DNA of 64,000 nucleotides from Raillietiella orientalis (taxonomy: Eukaryota), in assembly GCA_036172245.1 (NCBI GenBank), contig JAYWIR010000022.1, positions 806,001-870,000 on the forward strand, read 5' to 3'. Shown here in pieces: positions 1 through 14,034 of this stretch; the first letter of the stretch is position 1; each line of letters starts with the position of its first letter. The notes under the pieces are model-generated. The model ran no database searches, was not told the origin of the DNA, and saw only the letters and a list, made by a program, of their open reading frames with translations. The translations under genes and the position numbers were made by a program.

Positions 1-149
1 TGCTTTTCACTTGACATAGTTGCAGAAGAATCTTCGTACCCTTGGTCCGTTCATTTTCTTTATGCTTCCTACTTGTCTTGGTATTTCTTCTTGAGGAAGG
101 CACTGAAGCTGCTCTGGATGAGAAAACGTGAATGCATCATCCAAAGTAG

Positions 150-2366
150 AAATGAAAAAGAGATTCACTCCAGGATCGATTTCGGATTTTACCCTTCTCT
201 GATTTGCTGCTTCCTACTTCAGAGGAAGCGATTCTCAGAAAATGGTCAACCCTGTTTTTTGATCCTTAGATGAAGCGTGATTGGACCGGTGGTCCAGCCA
301 CGATCTTTGTAGGTGTTTATTCGGGAATAAAGTCCCCGGCGCAGCCGTGTGATAACTCGGGCATCCTTCCGCGTTCCGGAAGCACGCACGGGACTGTTCC
401 CGCTGTCCCGCAGTAAAGGCATCCCAGGAACGCCCTTCCCACTGAAGCGCGGTGGCGTTGCTCTTTTCGAGCGAGTGCCCAGCGCACCAGCAGGATGGCG
501 GTCTGCTTGCTTCGGAGAGACAGGATGGAGGCGTCGACCACGCAAAGAGCGGAATCTCAATGCTCTTCCGGGGAATCCACAGAGATTCCATCCACCTCGG
601 GGAACCCCGAGCTGAACTTTCTCGCGTGGCCTCGTTCGCCAGACGGGGGGGTCTCTTACTGGCCAATGAGCTTGGTGACCCTGGATATAGCAGGTCATTC
701 CCAACAGGTCACCGTGCTTTTCCCAATCCCAGAGATCTTGTCGGTAACGCACGCACGGCGTCTTCAGTGGCCGGAGACTGCGTTTTGGGAGCAGGATGAC
801 ACGGTCCGCTATCCCTGCAAGGAGAGGATTTCTCACACGACTGATGGCATTCTCGAGGGTTGAACTTTCCACCCGCATTCGCGTTTCCTGAGATTCCCGC
901 TGCCACCCGGCATTCCTATGCAGAGGGTGATTGGACATCCCGTCGTGTTCCTCCGCCAGCAACGTAATCGAGCGAAGTGGGTGACCGCGGACCTCGCCCT
1001 GGCCAGCGGTTGCGTGAGCAGATGGACGTCGGCCTTTCGCGGGCCTCTGCCGTCCTCGGAAGAATGCCCGAAAGGAGGCACCAGAGAGGATTCGACAGTC
1101 TCGCCACATGGATCAGCCGCCTGGGCAGTGCCTCCTTAGGCGGACCGCACGTCGCTCGAGGTATCCTCACGTAGTTCGGGGACCCTCCTGTGGACACTCC
1201 CAAGGGAGACCAGACCGCGTCCATCGCTGCACCAAAAGCCGAGACCTTCTCGGCTTCTGCCTGTTCGATGGAGCGCCTCACTCCTGCGAATGGACTCGAA
1301 GGACGTATCGAGTGCGTTTGCTGGGGTACGCGCCGGTGACGGGAGGAGCAAGTCACGTGCACATGCCGGGTGCAGAGCTGCAGGGGGAGTTGCAGAATGG
1401 AATGTGCCGGTATACAACCAGCACCAGTTCAAAGAGCAGTCTGAAGAGCATGGGGCTCGAGCTAACGCTGCTTCATTCTTCCTCTGATTTTCACCCTGTT
1501 GCGGCGAGGCGTTTATTCCGAAAAAGAATAAACTATCTGGGAACAGAGTTCTCAGACAAAGGGAAAAGAAGTCGGAGGGGAGGGCTCCCCGATACGCAGG
1601 TCGGTCACATCGAAAGTCCGGAACGGGGGGAGAAGGGACCACAAATAAATATATACAAAATAAAAAAAAGGATATGGGGGGGAGAGCAAGGCTGCCACTC
1701 CCCTTGCAGCAGCGCTGTCTGCTGCTCTAAGGGCAAGAGATAACAGTTGCCAACCGGCAGGTTGGAACGTAGACTGCACGATCGCAGGAGAATGCAAATC
1801 CCTGGGCGGCTGGAAGACGAGTGAACAGACGCTGTTGCTCCTCGTAATTGTACGAAGGGACTCTTGAATGTGCCCCCGAAGAACTTATGATCCCTACCTC
1901 ATGCGTGGACACTTCTGAATTCTCCCTTCTGTGGAAACAGAAAGTGCTTCTGCTGGTGCACTGGGGCTTCCATTGCAATCACCGCACGAACATTGTTTCC
2001 GGGGGAGTTGTCTCCCCGAACTGCAGAAAGTGCGGAGCAGTGGAAACTCTCCCACATTTGCTCTTCAACTGCAGTGCCCTCCAAAGACTGTGGCGGACTC
2101 TGCCTTCAGCGCTTTTGCACCAGGGGAACACCGCAATGGATGCCATGAGCCTCTTCACGCGAGGCGGTCTTTCGTTAGGTGCGGTCATCGGAACAATCTG
2201 TTGCATCCTCGCCATCGTCACTGCCTACCGCCAATTGGAGTCACAGGCGGTTCCTAGAGAGTTCACCAGGATTGCCGACGTCAAAATGAGGATGGCTGAC
2301 AGGTGGCCTCATCTGAAAGAAGGAGTGAGGAACATGTCCGGCATCCAACGCCAGTTCTTTGTCTGA
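150..2366 (+). mobile_element. Degenerate non-LTR retrotransposon (L1/Tx1-like) ORF2: EN, RT and C-terminal zinc-finger remnants
   Basis: EN-like HSRIDF at ~163-180. RT-like SLVTLDIAG (~670), GFDS (~1090), VRLLGYAP (degraded YADD, ~1312), KSMGLEL, NYLG (~1531). ORF 1848-2366 has the zf-RVT-type CRKCGAVETLPHLLFNC. Frameshifted; boundaries approximate. Confidence 0.7.
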
Positions 2367-2399
2367 TCGTGGTGCCTTCGGTGATCAGGCTGCTGGAAG

Positions 2400-4490
2400 A
2401 GATCGATAGCTCCACAGCAAGCTCAGGCAGCCAAGAAGACTTTCCGGAGATCCGAGCCGTCCCACAGGCAGGAGAGGGAGTTTGTTGTAGACGCAGCCTA
2501 GAGGAGTCCTTAGAAGATCAGCTTGGACGGCCAGTGCCGAGAAAGTCGCGAGTGAACTTTCTGAGCAGTTTGCATCCTTCTTAGAAGCGGCCGCGGCTTC
2601 TTATCTCTGCAGCCTGAACGGTCGGGGGCGTGGGGCACGTGGGCACCCACCGTTCGACCCGGAACCCAACGACTGAGCATTCCTGCAGCTACGCTAAGCA
2701 CGCACCCCACGCCTAGCAGAGAGACACGACGTCGGCGTTGGGTGCTCAGGCAGAGCCGGCCACCCCTTTCGTGTAGGAGCAGAACCAGCCTGGATGATCT
2801 GCAGGATGCGGGAACAGGCACCGAAGTCCCCCGGATAGGCAACGCCGATCGGCTCGTCAAAGGGTGCTGCCACCAAGAAGAGGTTGCGGTGCAGGCTGTT
2901 CCAACCTGTAGTCCTCGGAGGGCGGTCACGGTGTCGCTGGTCGCGAAGGGCACGCGACGCCGGTTGAAGGTGCCCTCCGGCAGCGTGCACCTGGTCACCC
3001 CGAGCGGCTCTGTGGCACGGCCATGGTCAGGAGACGCTTTCGCACTCAGGAGGCGGTGGCGCCGTTGTCTCGCCACACCCGCTCCGGAGAGCAGCGCACT
3101 ACACTTTCCGGTGCCTGCCGCTGCTCACTGCCAGCGTGATCTGTGCGCCGAGGCATCGCAACGCGCGGAACGCTCGACATTCGGCTGCCTGGTGGGGTGC
3201 GTGCCCTCAGGGACGCTTCCCTGCGTATTTGCCCTGCCGCGAAATCTTCCGCTGGGAGATGCGGAGGACGCCACTCCCATGAGGGAACGCACGGGATCTG
3301 GAAACTGATCGCCGCCTCCTACCGTGCTGATGGAGCAGCTCGCCAGCACCGCTCGAGGTTTCTCCCGGCCTTTCGGTTGGCTGATTCCGCCTTTGGAGAT
3401 GCTCCAGATCTTGCCTCCGGGTGCTCTGCTTGCGGAACCGGCTCACGTTCGATCCGGCGATGATCCGACCGGGTGGACAGAGTTCGTCTTCGTGGGCAGA
3501 CCCTCTCACGCAGGTGGTCATCGAGGAACAGGTGGTCGACGGTGGTATGCTTCGCTTCACGTACCCTACCGACTTTGGGCCGCTGACTGTGGAAGCGTCT
3601 GGGAGTAGGCGGGCATTATCGTCGCCTACTATCGGGTGCGGTGCCCCAATGTGCGTCCGTTGTCACTAGTCTCGTCCCGAGTCCTGCAGGCAGTTTACCT
3701 GGTCTCCCTAGGGTTGGAGATTGCAGGGCGCGTAGACGCTCCTTATGACGAGGCCGTTGAGTGCAAACCGGTTAACTTGACCCCCTCCCCTCCCAGGGTC
3801 AAAGTGAACGTGTTGTTTGACAAGTGCGTCCTCAGAAGGATGTGCGGATCCGCATCGGTACCCCGAGGGTTCCCTCTGACGATTCTTCCGTCCCGCGCAC
3901 CATCTACATAGAGATTCTGTTCACCACTTGCTGCAGAAATCGAAACTCGTCAGTGATTCCTCGATCGCATGCATCTGCGTGTCATTCCACAGGTCGTGGA
4001 TGCTCTTTTCCGTCTTGCAGATGGTGCTGGAGAGGGAAGAGGTTCCCTTTGTACCTTTTGTCGCTCTTTCTACGTGGCAGGAGATGTGGGGCAATAGCCA
4101 AAGACACTTTCTTCAAAGATTTGGGTATGCAGACTACAGGTGCTTCCTTCAGCATCGCGTCGGAGGGGCCTTCCAGTTCCGACTCTCCTTTACTGAGGAC
4201 CACTTCCCTCCTGGGAACTCTGGGACGCAGTCCATTGGCGGACCCACACGATTTTCTCGCTCTACCACACTCGCCATTTCGTAGTCGAATGTCACTGCTT
4301 GAGGCTTCCGATCCCGAGATATGCTTCTCTGGAGGTTTCGCTTCCTTTGGAAAGGCAGCTGCGAGGTAGTCGTGTGCAGCTGGGGCCGTCTTGGTCGCCT
4401 CCCTATTTACCACCTGCGCGCTTCCATCCCTAGGGATTTCCTCGATCACCCACTGAGGTTTTCTCTTCCATTGCGGATGGTGCTGTTTTC
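2400..4490 (-). mobile_element. Degenerate LINE fragment (ORF1 end plus APE endonuclease region)
   Basis: Minus-strand APE-like motifs in order: NLYVDG (~3915), DPHILLRTH (~3850), IVGDDNAR (GDFN-like, ~3630), SDH (~3465). Confidence 0.55.
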
Positions 4491-4559
4491 TTCGTCCTAA
4501 CTCGGTGATGTCAGGACGTTTGTTTGAAAAAGGAATAAGCTAGCAAATAAGAGGGAACT

Positions 4560-5500
4560 GGGGTGAGGGTCTTCGGTATTTGCCACTCCTTCCTCACTAG
4601 AGCTGGCGGCGAATGCGCGGCTGCCATGCGGGTGGCCTTCCCTCCCCTTTCCTTTCCTCTGCTGCGAACGAGACTCCATCACGGAGCAGGCTGCGACGGG
4701 CTGAGGATGCTATTACCCCGGGAACCAGATGTCTGCGCTGGTTGCGCTGGAGTCCCCAGAGCAGAAACGGCGGAACATCCCGTTTCCGCCGCAACGGGAA
4801 CACGAGAGTGTCCGCATGCAAAGGGTGGACCAGCTGTTTCCTTCTCACGCGGTGCGGTTTCCAAGGGGTTCCAGGTTCTTGTTCTCCATGGGTTCGGTTC
4901 TTCCTCCTGAGGCGGAAGCGCTTTATGCACATCGTTCGGCTCCAGGGATGAGCCGGATGCAGCGCGCTGCATTCTCAGGGTGATGCAGTGGCTGTCTGCT
5001 CGTATCTGTTCTTTGTCCCGTGGTTCCTGCGCACCCTTTTCTTTTCTGGAAGCCTGGCACGTGCAGGTCATGGACCAGTCTGTCGCAAACGACCGAGCTA
5101 ACGCGTCGATGCCTGCGCCAGCCGAGAGTGGACGTGCATGGTACAGTCTTAACAGTCTTCTTCAGGGCAGTGCCCACCCTCATATCCTCCTGAGGTCGAA
5201 AACCAAGCGCGCACTCTTGACACAGTAGCGGGTGCCCCGGGAGTTGGGCAGGAAGCGACTTCTCTCCATGAATGTTCGCCTCAACAAGGCACCCTCGCCG
5301 CTGTGGACAGACTCGTCGCAGACCTGTACTCGGCGAACTGTGGAGCGGACATGGCTGCTCGTGGCTCCCGCGGTTCAGGTCGGCGGAAGGTTTCGCCAAC
5401 CTTGGGTGAGGGATTCAGTCATATTCGGAGACATCCAGCCCTGTGGCGTCGCGGATTTCTATTCAGTGTCCACCCCTCTGCGGTTCGGAGAAAAGTAGCT
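4560..5500 (+). mobile_element. Degenerate LINE 5' fragment (ORF1 plus endonuclease start)
   Basis: WHVQ (~5055), AHPHILLRSKT (~5172, similar to the motif at ~3850), VIFGDIQP (GDFN-like, ~5418). Confidence 0.45.
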
Positions 5501-5559
5501 ATCTGGGAGATGTGCCGTTGGACTAGCATGGTGGGGTTTTTTTTCTTTTCCTTTTTGAA

Positions 5560-8500
5560 GTTTGGTGTTGACGAAACCCATCACGAGGAAAGCCAGAGAA
5601 GAATCTCCTTTGGCCAAGGGGAGGGAACAAGATGTGAAACAGTGAACACGCACGTGGCTACCAGATTCAGCGATGAGGTGGCAGCGGAAGGTACTTACAG
5701 AGTCCCTTTCGCGGAGCTACGGGCATGCGCAGGAAACGCCTACAAGTCCACTCCCTGCCTTCGGGCAGGTCGCAGGATGTTTTCAGGGAGCCCATGCTTG
5801 TTGCTGTGAATAGGGAAGATCTCCCCTCCCTCATGCCTTCTCGAGGGAGCGGTTTCTGGAAGCTCTCCTACAAAGATCCGTTGCTTGTATTTTATTCTTT
5901 GGTCATGAAATTCGGTGGTGTCCGAAGATCCCTGGTTCCAACTCGCCTTCCTGGATGCAGTGTGGAATCTGCAACAGAAGATAGGGAGGTACTGTCCATA
6001 ATTTCCTTTTTATCAACCATATCACTGACTCACGGTCATAGGGCTGTGATTCATACCTTTAAATCTATGAGTCGTGTAAAAAAAAGATGGGACTGTGGTG
6101 CCGCTATCCCGCATCGAAAACAGCTCAAAACTTTTGTTCGATGTGTCCGTGCTTCATCATTCGGCTTGGAGTCTGGCTTGGTTCGAGATGTTTGCAGCAG
6201 TATGCGATGCTTTGACGGGCTCCCTTTCCAAGTACGCTTTCTGGAGTGGAGTCTCCTTTACTTATGTTGGGGTTATCGGATTCCTTGCTTGAATAGCATC
6301 CTCGTAGGAGGGATGTTTAGTAGGTCCCGATTTCCTTTGCCATAATGGAGTGGTTTGCACTGAGCTGGAAACATTGTTCGATTGCTTAATGGTCATTTCC
6401 GCTTTAGTTGTTGAAGGCAAAACACAACACGACACTACCGGAATGAGACATTTTGATGATCTGAGAGATGAAGCTTCCGGGGTTTGTATCTGTACAGCTG
6501 TGCCAGAGGATGTGATGTTATTCCTCTGACACAGCGCGTAAAGATCAGCATTCTCGCGCAAAGAAATGTTCTCGAGAACTGGAGTTGATCTTTGATCTTT
6601 GATCTTCTTGGCGAACATGTGGGAACGGGAAAAAACTAGCCAATCTCCAAGGTACCTAAGCACTTGCCTGCGGGGATCTCCAGAAGGATCCAATTCGGCT
6701 GTCCTTCCCATGATGCTCCAACTGGGGTGACCACGGATATCTTATTCATATTCATCTCCGTTCCCCGACCGATCAGATCGAAGACCTTCTCTAGAGACGC
6801 CATTGGAATGGTCATGAGCAGCCAGAGAAGCAGGTCCTCGGCGTATGCCAACACGGCCGGCGTACATGGACAAAAGGACGGCACGGTCGGACTGCTGGCT
6901 GAACTTTAACGATGCTTTGCGGCTGAGCTGACCCTGCCGTCGCATCAGCTGTGCATGCTGATTCGGGAGAGAAGCAAAGTGCCCGCCTCTTTCTGATCAG
7001 CAAGATCACGTCTCCTTTCAAAGGGAGGAGACCTGAACAATTGGCCTCCGATCACAATCAAAGAGGATGCCAAGCTGCCCGCGAAGCTGTGGGCTAAAAT
7101 GTCTGGGGCAGTCGGTCGAAACGTTCACTAGTTCGGAGCAGACGTACGTTGTTCCCGGAAGGAGCATGAAAGCGAACCTGTTCTTGGCCAGCTCATGGCA
7201 CCAGTAGCAAGGGTGCACGCCAGTCGGCAGCAGAAATCCCGAATTTCTAGCTGGCAAGGGAACGGAAAGACGTTTGGATGTCGACCAGGTGCCGCATCTG
7301 GAGCTTCCGGAACGCATATGATTCCCGGCCGTTTTCCGCGCATGCCAAACACATGCCAACCACTGAAAAAAATTCTCAGGCGTGTGAAGCCAGCTGGAAC
7401 TCTAGAAGGACAATGGGTATGCCGGAAACTCACGGCGATCTGGGATTTCCAGAAGGAGTACCTGACAGAAGCAGCCGAACGCCTCCGACTGCGATCCACG
7501 GCATTTCTCCCTCTTTCTGATCATCGGTCTGCTGACTTTTTTCTGAGCTCTTCTGGCCTCGTGGCACTCGGACGCAGCACTCTTCTACATCCGAAACCAG
7601 CTGTGCGCAAACAGCAGGTCGCTTCCCAGCTTCCTACCAGGAGCAGCTGCCCCGGAATGATGACGGAGTTCGCAACCTGCCATTCGCACGAGACACTCAA
7701 ATTCGAGAGCAGATGGGAGTCTGAGTTCGCCCAAAGGTGGTCGCACGCCGGTTGCCGGTGCTGCGTGCGTCGGTGTCCTCCTTTCGGGAGGAGACGGACC
7801 CACGCTGGCCGGAAGGAGCCAGACGGGCACCTCACCCCTCTTCCCAATCAGCATCGCAAGCTCTCATGCCAGGGGGACGCAGTTCTGTGGATGAAAGTCG
7901 GGGGAATTCCGCCGGCGGTCTGTCCGTCCTACCCTGCTGCCGTGCGCCAGTCCTTTCGAGTTTCCCGATGGCGGTGGCGATCCCTGCCATTGACAAGCCC
8001 CGCTGCTCGTCCAAGAGTGAGCGCTCCGCCCCGCTTGAAGCTGGAAGGCCCTCCGGCAGCATCCAATCCGCAGAGACGACTGGTACTCTTTCGAGGAGTA
8101 AAAGTCGCGGACGACTTTCTTCGCCGCTGCTGGAGCCGAACGCTCCAGGCCTCGCGCACGTGGCGCCCGGGATTGCCAGACCTGTCGTTTCGCCCTGACC
8201 TGGTATTCGGCTAGCCCACGCTCGTCCAGACATCTGGAGTGGGTTCGCGCTTACAGAAAAGCTCGTCTGCTCCCGATATCCTTTCCGAAGCCTTGGGGCA
8301 GGAGGTGTGGGGTGGACACCAGGCGCAAAACTGCCGGACTGAGTCCTTGAAGTATCCGAGGAAGACACGGAACTGCGCTGGCCGGTGCTCGAGACGATCT
8401 TCCAGTGTTCTTCACACATGCACCGGAGAACCCTTCCCAGGAGAGTGTAGCTCAAGCTCGATCCCGGAGTCGTCGGACTGGGCCAGCTTTACTCTGTCCC

Positions 8501-8990
8501 TTCGATCCACCCGTTAACACAGGTGGTAGTCGAGGGAGGCATGGTTGACCGAGTCCTGCATACCAGGGTGTTCTATTAGCAAGTTGCCCTGGTACACCAA
8601 CGCGCAAGACGCGCAGGACCTGCCGAGATGACCTTTTCCATCGTGCATCATTTGATAGTAGCCAAAGGCTGGATTCATCTGCTATCAGATTCTCCATGTT
8701 ACTATCAGTGTTTGGACCCGCATCGGCAAACCAGTGTCTCCCGAGCTCATCGAAGAACCGAATTTGATCGGAGTGCCTGCTGTGACCACAGGGTTTGTAA
8801 ATATTCGCTACTGAGGTCGATCGTGTTGGACTACCTGAAGCAAAGTTGGAACACTCGAGCCAGCATTGCCGGGAACTCAATGGAGATGTTTCCGTCTCGT
8901 CGACCAGGAAACGGCTCTCACCATACCAGAGCCTCCACACAGACCCTACTGGGTAGCCGATAGGCTGTGCTCTGCTGAAGGGCAGCGTCT
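5560..8990 (-). mobile_element. Degenerate LINE ORF2 (EN plus RT)
   Basis: EN-like VANIYKP...FFDEL in ORF 8452-8940. RT-like AVLAYAEDLLL (YADD box) in ORF 6636-6884 and RYLG in ORF 6262-6711. Multiple stops and frameshifts. Confidence 0.7.
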
Positions 8991-9149
8991 TTCTGACTGT
9001 TTCGACCTTGGCAAGGCTTGAAGCCCCACCTTGTGTCCTTTCTTTTATTTGAATGTTGTGAAAAAATTAAAGCAAGCTTTTGTCATCAACGGGTGTTGAA
9101 AAAAAACTTCTGCTGCTTCAGATGTCTTCACATAAGCAGCAAGGAGGCA

Positions 9150-10900
9150 GCCGAAAAGAGAACCAGCGAATGAGACCTCGGACTGGAAGCTCCAGCTTTT
9201 TTTAGTCCTCGGTTTCTTCCATGAGCAAGACACGAAGGGAGTTTTGGAATTACCATGACGGTTCCGGTTGTTGAACGGATCCTCTGGCATGCGCCATACC
9301 TCTCAGGTGGGAGAAGCATCATGAATTCAACCTTGGAGTGGTCAATGATGCTGACCACCTTTCTTCTCGTGTCCGCCCTCGAAAGCAAATGGCCATCGAA
9401 GAACACGCGAACCTAGGCTTGCTGACCAACAGACTTTGCGCGTTGACCTCCATTAGCTATGCCTTCATGCTACGGCCTTGCGACAAGCCAAGGGATGCTT
9501 GCTCGTCGGCTCTCTTCAACACTCCGAAGTGGCATGACCTCTCGGCAAACTTGGATCTACCTCTTCGGCGTGTATGCGTTCTCTAAGACGAGGTCAACGT
9601 CATCAGATCCCTCGATATACCAGCTGACTCACTTCACAGTCCTTACTCGGCCAAGCTCCAGGATCCGCCTCAAGGACTTGGGTGGCTTTGTGTCGGGATG
9701 CTAACTGAAGCATCCTGACACTGTGGAGAATCAAGCTGCAGGTGCAGTTCCGAATGCTGGCACTTTGCTCCAGGTTGTGGATTTGCCCTTTCTATGCGCC
9801 AAAACGACTCATCGTACAGAGTTGCGACGGCAAACAAGAACTGCTCTCGTTGCTGTCGATCTTCCGGTACAGAATGCGGGGATTTGGCTTTCCTATGAGG
9901 CAACTGGCCTCCCTTCTGGAAGCCTATCTGTGGATCTCCTGCCGCCTAATGAGCTGGAATGCCTGAAGGCAGGAGGCAGTTCGTCCTGAGATGCAAACCA
10001 AGGAATGCGTCCAGTGGAACTTCTCCCCTGCGACTCCTCACGAACTATCCTTGTGTAGGGTGCCGAAGGACTCAGAGAAGCTGAGCACCCTGGCCACACC
10101 ACTTGCCGCTGCGCCATCTGCCCTCAGGGCAAACGATAGCAGTTGCCCACCGACGGGGTGGGAGGTTTTCCCTGCACCATTGCAGACAACACAAAACTCC
10201 TTGGCGGCTGGGAGACGCGCAAGTTGGAGGACGCTGCTACTCCGCGTACCATAGCGAAGGGACTACTTCGGTGGGGCCGTTCTTGAGTGCGGCCCCCGAC
10301 GAACCAGTGGTTTCTTTCCTGTGTTGTAACACTTCGATGTTTCCGTTGGAGTGGAAGCACGAGATGCTGCCACGCATTGCATGGGAGAGCTCCAGAGCAA
10401 TCAGCCTTGCCACCTCGTCTCCACGAGAGCTGCATCCCAGAACTCTGCTAGTATGGGTCCATGGAACCGATCCTGCACCTTCTCTTAAGCTGCGGTGTCC
10501 TCCAGAACCTATGAAGAAGGCTGACTTGAGCACTCTAGCGACAGGAAGACACCGCCCGCGACCTTCTGCGACGGTTCTTCGCACGTGGTGGACTCTCGAC
10601 CTGCACGGAGATCGTGAAGTGTTGTGTGTATGCCATCGTCACGGCCCGTCATGTCTCGCAGGCGACAGCGGAGCGAAGGGAAGTCATCCGTACGGCAACC
10701 GCTTACGTGGGAATGGCTTCTAGGTGGCCTCACCTAAGAAAAGAAGTCAAGGAGGAGATTGCCGGCATCCAACGCCAGTTCTAAAACGATGAACGATCGA
10801 GGTCACACTCTCCCCTTATTTATTTAATTTTTGTCTGTTCCGGACTTTTCATGGTTTTTCTCTAGAAGGAACAAATCCGTGTCTTCATCCTTCCCATTTT
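9150..10900 (+). mobile_element. Degenerate LINE 3' portion, same family as the 150-2366 element
   Basis: ORF2 end aggtggcctca...ccggcatccaacgccagttc at ~10722-10781 matches ~2301-2358 (20 nt identical), followed by a T-rich 3' UTR-like tract. Confidence 0.6.
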
Positions 10901-11374
10901 ATCATTCATCTATTGCCCCTCCCTTCCGTTCCCTACCCGTAGAATTTTCACCCAGAGCGTTCGCCGCAAAACGTTCCTGCAACAGTCGCAGGGCAACCTA
11001 GCCCACGAGCAGGTGCAAGAGGGATTCGCGTTCCTCGCACCTGCTGCAGTCTAGGTCCATTCCCCGAGTCCAGTGATACCGGTGAGAGTTGCATGGGAGG
11101 ACACGGTACAACAGGGCACGGTTGTTCAGGAGCGCAACGAGTTGAGGCGGGCACTGAAGATAGCAACGAGATGTCCCCATCTATTATGCATGCAGTCTGA
11201 ACCCGCCTCCATCCCTGAGTGGGTGTAGAGGACACCCAAAGGCAGAGATCCTTTCCAGAACCCCTCAGAGTTTCGTCTGTTTATTTTTATTTAATTTTCC
11301 TTATTGGATTTTGTTTTTGTTTGCTCCCCTCCCCTCTGCTGCCGAGGCGATCCTGGCCGGTAATCCCCAAACTC

Positions 11375-11697
11375 CATGGTACGAGATCGAGGAGTGAGGA
11401 TCTGCTCCATTTTAGCAACACGAGGGGCTCTGAAGAGAACCGACTCCTGACTCTGATTCCTGGAAGCACCCTGGAGAGTCGACTTCCAACCCCAGGCACT
11501 CAATCGGAGCCATCCACTTTTTCAGCTTCCACCAGTGCTGCACCCGCACACAGGTCAACCAACGTCATCTTGCGGGAAAACTCGAAGCCCACCACGCACC
11601 CATTTCTCTGCCGTTGATCCTTTACCCTTTACTTATATTCGAACCCGCGACGCTTGGTGCCACGTGCAGAGACCATGCCCACACGGCCTCCTACGAG
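11375..11697 (-). mobile_element. tRNA-headed SINE-like repeat, 5' part (long-linker subtype)
   Basis: Reverse complement reads ggccgtgtgg...gtggcaccaagcgtcgcgggttcgaat...gatgacgttggttgacc...gggtgcagcactggtgg, matching the other copies. Confidence 0.8.
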
Positions 11698-12989
11698 GGT
11701 GTCACCTTATTCTTTTCGGACTGCATCAGCTTCCCACCCGCTTTGTTGCCACCTCCTCCCCCAAATTCGTCTTTTGGATTCCAGGGTTTGCCGCGAAAAC
11801 TTGGGTTTTGTGTTGTGCCGTTCGTTCTTCTTTAATTTTTTTTCGATTTGGTCCGCGCTTGGCTTGTACTCTTTTCGCGCCAGCGAGGACCTGGAGTGCT
11901 GTAGTTGCTTTACCACCTGTGGCAACCTTATCCGAGCAAAAGGCGTACGAGACTCAGGGATACAACCCATCGCTGCACAAGTGCCTGGTGCTCGTAAACA
12001 CTGGGAAAGTGAATTTTCTTCATGGGAAGAGTTTAGAGTTAGCCCACAGTGCGCCTATAAACACAATGTAATGATTTCAACCAGATTTCGAAATTGCCCG
12101 AGTGCCTTAGCAGAGACTTCATTTCTAGTGCAGCCGCAAACGCTGATGCCAACATCAGCGCCGTTGTATAAAACAGAAGGTGCCACAGTGACAGCGCCAT
12201 TACGATCTGACCCCTCGCAGTCATTTGCTGCTCCCAATCGAGGAGGGAAAGGGATCCAAAAACAACACGAACTGTTTCCTCTTCGAGGAAAAGACAGAAG
12301 CGATATGATCGTGCGGGCTTTTAGATCTTACGGGATCAACGAAAGCAAAGACAATGCAGCCTTAGATTTCTGTAAAAAAAAAAAAAAAAAAACGCCCCCC
12401 CAAAGAAGCACTCTTGTCCATCCGTCACAAAAATTCTGCCCACACAACCTGGCAGCCTGGCAAAGCTCTGTAAAATACACCTGTGATATTGCAACGCATC
12501 TAGCATCGCTCATTCGCTAGAATTATAGATAAAAAGCATAACTGATTGCATAAAAGCCGATGTTTGTGTGTTTTCACAGATGTGGTGCACACCGTGTTCT
12601 AAGGTAACGTCGAGGCCGCTGCTATGATTACACCTAAGCGAAATGCACCGAATCAGTACGACACGTCACAAATTACTCGACAAATTCATCAGAGTGACCT
12701 TATTCGGAGCAAAGAAAATACTGCGTGTGTTACTACAATAATGCTACAAGTAATGGTGAGTGATGATGCACGCAGCGAATGGGGTCAGTACCTGTACGAT
12801 TATACCCAACAACTCATTCAGGGCATTATTTACGAATCATCACGTGGGACGAGGCCCATTCATCAGTGGACTTTGCGTACGTCAATCCACGGGTAGCCGT
12901 GAAGAGCAAATGGGGCACTGGGAAACCAGGGCCCTAAATTTTTCGTCACAAGGAAAAATGCATCCAGTGGACCGAAATCTCACATGACT

Positions 12990-13910
12990 GGAATCACTGA
13001 ATCTCACATCTTCGCTGTTCACAGCCGTGAACACTCGCCAACGTTAGCCAAACGAAACTCTGTAAATGTTGGCCACAGAAAGATGGAAGAGGCTTTCTCT
13101 TAGGGGAAGAGGAAGGCAGAATGACAAATCGTCCTAATGTGTTGCCAGCTGGGTGTGCCTGGGTCTCGGACATCCATCGCCTTGGGATGAACCATCTGGG
13201 ATTCCAGTGCATCCCGTTCTCGTAGGAGGAAATTTCATAAATCTGAACAACGTAATCTCTTCCTCCGATCTTTTCGGAGTTCTCGATATATCTCTTACGA
13301 CAAACCCTAATTATCCCCTGTTCTCATTCCGTGTGTGGAGGGTTAGGAGGAGAGAACAGAGTTGTCGAATTTTAGCATTTTCTACGGAGCAAAAATCGCC
13401 TGAGCAGATCATCTGATGCTTTCCTGGAGCAACACTTGAACCTGCGAAAGTGACCATCGCCAGGGACAAAAGTTTCATCAAGCACCTGTCAGTTCTTTCC
13501 AACCTCAGAAGTGTCCCTCGACTTCTGGTCCTTCGGAATTCTCCGGGTCACAAAATCTGCCCCTGCTCACCACTCCGGGAATGCCAGTTCGGTCGAGCGT
13601 CATCCGCGAGCTGCAAGACCCTTTGATGGCACAACAGTGCCAGCGATCCTTTATTTCATTTGCATCCTTAAAAGTATACGCCCAGGACATGAAGACGGAC
13701 ATCTCGCCCTCGGCCCGTGAGCCCAGCCTCGCTAGAAGATCCAAACGGGCACTTCCCATGGATTTTCTCTGAGGCAACCACAAACACTCGCTATCCTCCT
13801 CCTCCTTGCTTGTCAAGCAGGGAGTCCATGACACAGGGTCGGTTTCTGGAAGGCGTTCCGAAGCGATCGAACAGGGAAGGGCCACCGGAGATATTTTCTT
13901 AGGCAAATCC
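12990..13910 (-). mobile_element. Degenerate LINE fragment (ORF1/EN)
   Basis: LSVANIY EN-like motif at ~13062-13082 on the minus strand; otherwise weak. Confidence 0.35.
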
Positions 13911-14034
13911 AGGATTTTTCTGGACGGTCATTCCTGAAAGTTTTGCAAATTTGCAAAGGGTGATTATCACTCGGTTATGCCGGAGCATTTATTACGTACA
14001 GTAATAAAATTACATTTGAGTGTCGAACCGTTGG

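Noticed and set aside
7195..8214. 339-aa plus-strand ORF
   Set aside because: No recognisable domain; lies antisense within a GC-rich decayed LINE, where long chance ORFs are expected.
11654..12520. 288-aa ORF
   Set aside because: Begins inside a SINE copy and runs through a poly-A tract; no protein-like motifs.
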